Origin: an uncultured Peptostreptococcaceae bacterium
GTDB lineage: Bacteria > Bacillota > Clostridia > Peptostreptococcales > BM714
NCBI GenBank assembly: GCA_964512505.1
Contig: CAZEHH010000003.1
Span: 1-59,295, forward strand
DNA: 59,295 nucleotides
Reading direction: 5' to 3'
Made by a program: the position numbers and the translations under genes. The notes under the pieces were generated by a model. It did no database searches. It was not told where the DNA came from and was given only the letters and a program-made list of their open reading frames with translations. Positions 57,223 to 59,295 of this stretch are shown here, in pieces (within the stretch, counting starts at the first letter, position 1; each line of letters starts with the position of its first letter).

Positions 57223-58466
57223 ATTTCCACCCCTCCCGCCGCTTCTCCAAACAGCTTGTCGCATTTTTCAATCAGTCGTCCAATATCGTTTTTGTTTATA
57301 TAATCCCATCCCAGCCACATGTACTTGTGCCCACCGTCAATCATGTTGTCCACATCGGGATTTACGCTTGGGAATCTGCCGTTGTGAGAAAGTATCTCCC
57401 CGACTTCCTTCGATGCAAAGAAATCGACAAACGGTTTCAAATCATGCGCTTTGCTCCTCTTGCTGAGGAGGAAGATTGGGCTTATGATTGCACCGTCGCT
57501 GGGCCATACCGCCTTCATCGGCCCGCCGTTTCCGGTCATCTTGGTGAAAAAGTAGGGCATTATTGTTACAATCGGCTTTTCCGCCTTCCTGATATGCGAT
57601 TTCACCATCTCCGAAGGATGCATGCTCTTCAAAAGACTTCTGCCCAGTTTTTCCACTCCTGTTTCACCATATCGCGCATTTATGTTGAGCAGTATCGCAT
57701 TGAACAAGTCAAAATCTCCAATTGGAAGACTCACCTTGTTTGCAAATTCGTCGCTCAATATGTCCTGCCAGCTTGCGGGGATTTTTCTTTCTCCCAGTTC
57801 CTCAGTGTTTACCAAAAATACAGCCGGAACCACTCCTATCATGGAATAGTGCTTGTCCGGGTCTCTCAGATCAATATATCCATTTTCAAAATCCTTGTTG
57901 TAATGTTCAAATCCGGTGATATCCTCAAATGCATTTTCCGATTTGTATTTGCCTATAAGCTCCTTGTCGAAAAACAGGTCGAAACCCGCCGAAATGAATA
58001 TATCCGCCAGAACATCCGATGAATCTGTGGATTCAATTGATCTTTTCAGCCAATCGACTCCCATCGATGCGGCTTTCAAATCATAACCTACCGTTTTTTT
58101 TATGCTTTCGCCATTTTTCTTCATCCAACCCTGAAAAGCCTCCATCAGCGGCACCCTTACCGGACACGGCAACACTCCTTCAATCCGCAAATCAGCATCT
58201 TTCAGGACGCCATTGGATTCCAACCCTCCGTCTGATTCGCCGATTCCGTTTTCAATGGCTTCAACAAGCTGTTTTACAAACGTGTTTTCATTTATTTTTT
58301 TTATTCTCAAAGCGGTCTCCAGTGTGACCGAGCCGCCGAATGCTTTCCTTTGTTTTTCGTCGCGTATATTTTCAAATCCTATTGACGAAAGCAAATCGAT
58401 CGCTTCCTTATGGTTGTTTGTGATTTCCAACAAGGTATCGTTCAAATCAAAATACATTTTTTCCAT
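57219..58466 (-). CDS. cytoplasmic fusion of a DUF1858 domain and a periplasmic-binding-protein-like (Fe3+/polyamine-type SBP) domain
   Basis: 415 aa with no signal peptide. The N-terminal ~65 aa (LNDTLLEITNNHKEAIDLLSSIGFENIRD...VTLETALRIKKIN) is DUF1858-like. The remainder resembles type II SBPs (LRIEGVLPCPVRVPL...). Confidence 0.7.
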   Translation of the reverse strand: MEKMYFDLNDTLLEITNNHKEAIDLLSSIGFENIRDEKQRKAFGGSVTLETALRIKKINENTFVKQLVEAIENGIGESDGGLESNGVLKDADLRIEGVLPCPVRVPLMEAFQGWMKKNGESIKKTVGYDLKAASMGVDWLKRSIESTDSSDVLADIFISAGFDLFFDKELIGKYKSENAFEDITGFEHYNKDFENGYIDLRDPDKHYSMIGVVPAVFLVNTEELGERKIPASWQDILSDEFANKVSLPIGDFDLFNAILLNINARYGETGVEKLGRSLLKSMHPSEMVKSHIRKAEKPIVTIMPYFFTKMTGNGGPMKAVWPSDGAIISPIFLLSKRSKAHDLKPFVDFFASKEVGEILSHNGRFPSVNPDVDNMIDGGHKYMWLGWDYINKNDIGRLIEKCDKLFGEAAGGVEI

Positions 58467-58537
58467 TCTTGCACCTCTCTTTATAATGATTTTTCATCAC
58501 TTCCGGTTCATCATAACACCGTCCGCCGCATATAACC

Positions 58538-58551
58538 GTATCCTGTGTTAC
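58538..58551 (-). promoter_or_regulatory. second HcpR-like operator candidate GTAAC-ACAG-GATAC upstream of the four-gene operon
   Basis: Same half-sites as the hcp box. It lies 19 nt upstream of TGTTATGAT, which again begins exactly 52 nt before the ATG at 58466. Confidence 0.6.
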
Positions 58552-58564
58552 TAAAATAAAAAAA

Positions 58565-58592
58565 TTGCATCGGTAATTTTTCACCAATGCAA
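58565..58592 (-). terminator. terminator of the Crp/Fnr regulator gene
   Basis: The RNA reads UUGCAUUGGU-GAAAAAUU-ACCGAUGCAA (one G-U pair) followed by U7. Confidence 0.75.
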
Positions 58593-58627
58593 TCCAATAA
58601 TTCGTTTCGTTGATTTTAAATTTTTCT

Positions 58628-59295
58628 TCAAATGTAAGATTTTAAGGCTTCAATATCCATTATCTGAAACGAAGACCTGTAAAAGTCAATTATTCCCTCA
58701 TCCTTCATCTTGATTATTTCCCTCGAAAGCGACGGTCTTGATACATACAAAAACTCCGCCAGTTCATTCCTTTTCATTGGAATCATGAATCTGTCCCCGC
58801 CTGCGATACTTCGTTGCTCAAGCAAATATGCACATGCCTTAGCCCTTATGCTTTTCATGGAAAGATATTTTATTTTCTTTTCAAGCCCGAGAGCTTTCTG
58901 CGAAACAATTCTCAGCATGTTTTGAATCAATTGCCTGTGCCCTATGCACATGTTGCGACAATTGCCGATGATTTTTTCCGGGGTTATGAACATGACCTTG
59001 CAGCCTGTTGCCGCAATCACTGACACTCCCCATTTGTCACTGCTTGAAAAAGCAAAAACCTCCCCGAATATGCTGTTCTCTTTCAACTTGGCCATTATCA
59101 CCCTGTCCCCCGCCGCATTGTCTTTTGCTATTGTTACCTCGCCTTCCACAATAATGCCTATCCCGGTAAACCGGTCACCTTCGGTTACAATACTTTCTTT
59201 CCTTTGGAAGGATGCTATCTGGGGCCTGAAGCACATTAAAACACTATTCAGCTCGCCTTCTTCAATCCCTTTGAACAATTCGACTTTCTTTAATG
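58628..59295 (-). CDS. Crp/Fnr-family transcriptional regulator (HcpR-like), 5' end outside the window
   Basis: cNMP-binding-like beta-barrel and C-terminal HTH (RNELAEFLYVSRPSLSREIIKMKDEGII). The frame stays open upstream of the track start (..LKKVELFKGIEEGEL) to the window edge. Confidence 0.85.
   Translation of the reverse strand, partial: LKKVELFKGIEEGELNSVLMCFRPQIASFQRKESIVTEGDRFTGIGIIVEGEVTIAKDNAAGDRVIMAKLKENSIFGEVFAFSSSDKWGVSVIAATGCKVMFITPEKIIGNCRNMCIGHRQLIQNMLRIVSQKALGLEKKIKYLSMKSIRAKACAYLLEQRSIAGGDRFMIPMKRNELAEFLYVSRPSLSREIIKMKDEGIIDFYRSSFQIMDIEALKSYI

Overview
A 59.3-kb chromosomal core segment from a low-GC, anaerobic, amino-acid-fermenting Firmicute (Clostridia/Tissierellia-like; the sequence alone does not allow a finer call). 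I support about 55 protein genes, and all but three lie on the minus strand. No rRNA, tRNA, CRISPR array, transposase or integrase is visible.

Gene blocks, left to right:
- a truncated secreted-protein gene and an AT-rich spacer next to ssrA (tmRNA), then smpB, a TM1266-type small regulator and rnr
- membrane pyrophosphatase hppA and secG
- eno-tpiA-pgk, with no gap or gpmI gene
- rpoN
- a BMP-family nucleoside-type ABC transporter
- a complete glycine reductase locus, grdX-trxB-trxA-grdE-grdA-grdB-grdC-grdD. It sits behind a tandem glycine riboswitch, and grdA and grdB each carry an in-frame UGA (selenocysteine) that the ORF track splits
- trmL, a Na/Pi cotransporter, uppP, nth and a DUF503 gene
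- a TetR-regulated RND efflux pair
- kbl, queG, an ArsR-like regulator, a membrane PP2C phosphatase, a TGS/uridine-kinase-like protein, lepB and an RluA-family synthase
- an MltG-like membrane protein, an RsmB/F-like methyltransferase and fba
- a T-box-controlled operon whose first gene is a single ORF fusing AspRS to GatC, followed by gatA and gatB
- an NMT1/SsuA-type ABC operon behind a long unclassified terminator-containing leader
- a GyrI-like gene and a cupin gene
- hcp, then an upstream, tightly coupled four-gene operon under a Crp/Fnr (HcpR-like) regulator. It encodes a cytoplasmic DUF1858/SBP fusion, a G3E-like GTPase, a permease-less ABC ATPase and a Cys-rich zinc-ribbon protein

Best candidates for new biology:
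1. the hcp-linked four-gene module, which shares a GTAAC-N4-GATAC box and promoter geometry with hcp
2. the AspRS-GatC fusion, whose T-box leader appears not to carry an Asp codon
3. the unclassified riboswitch-like leader of the NMT1-type ABC operon
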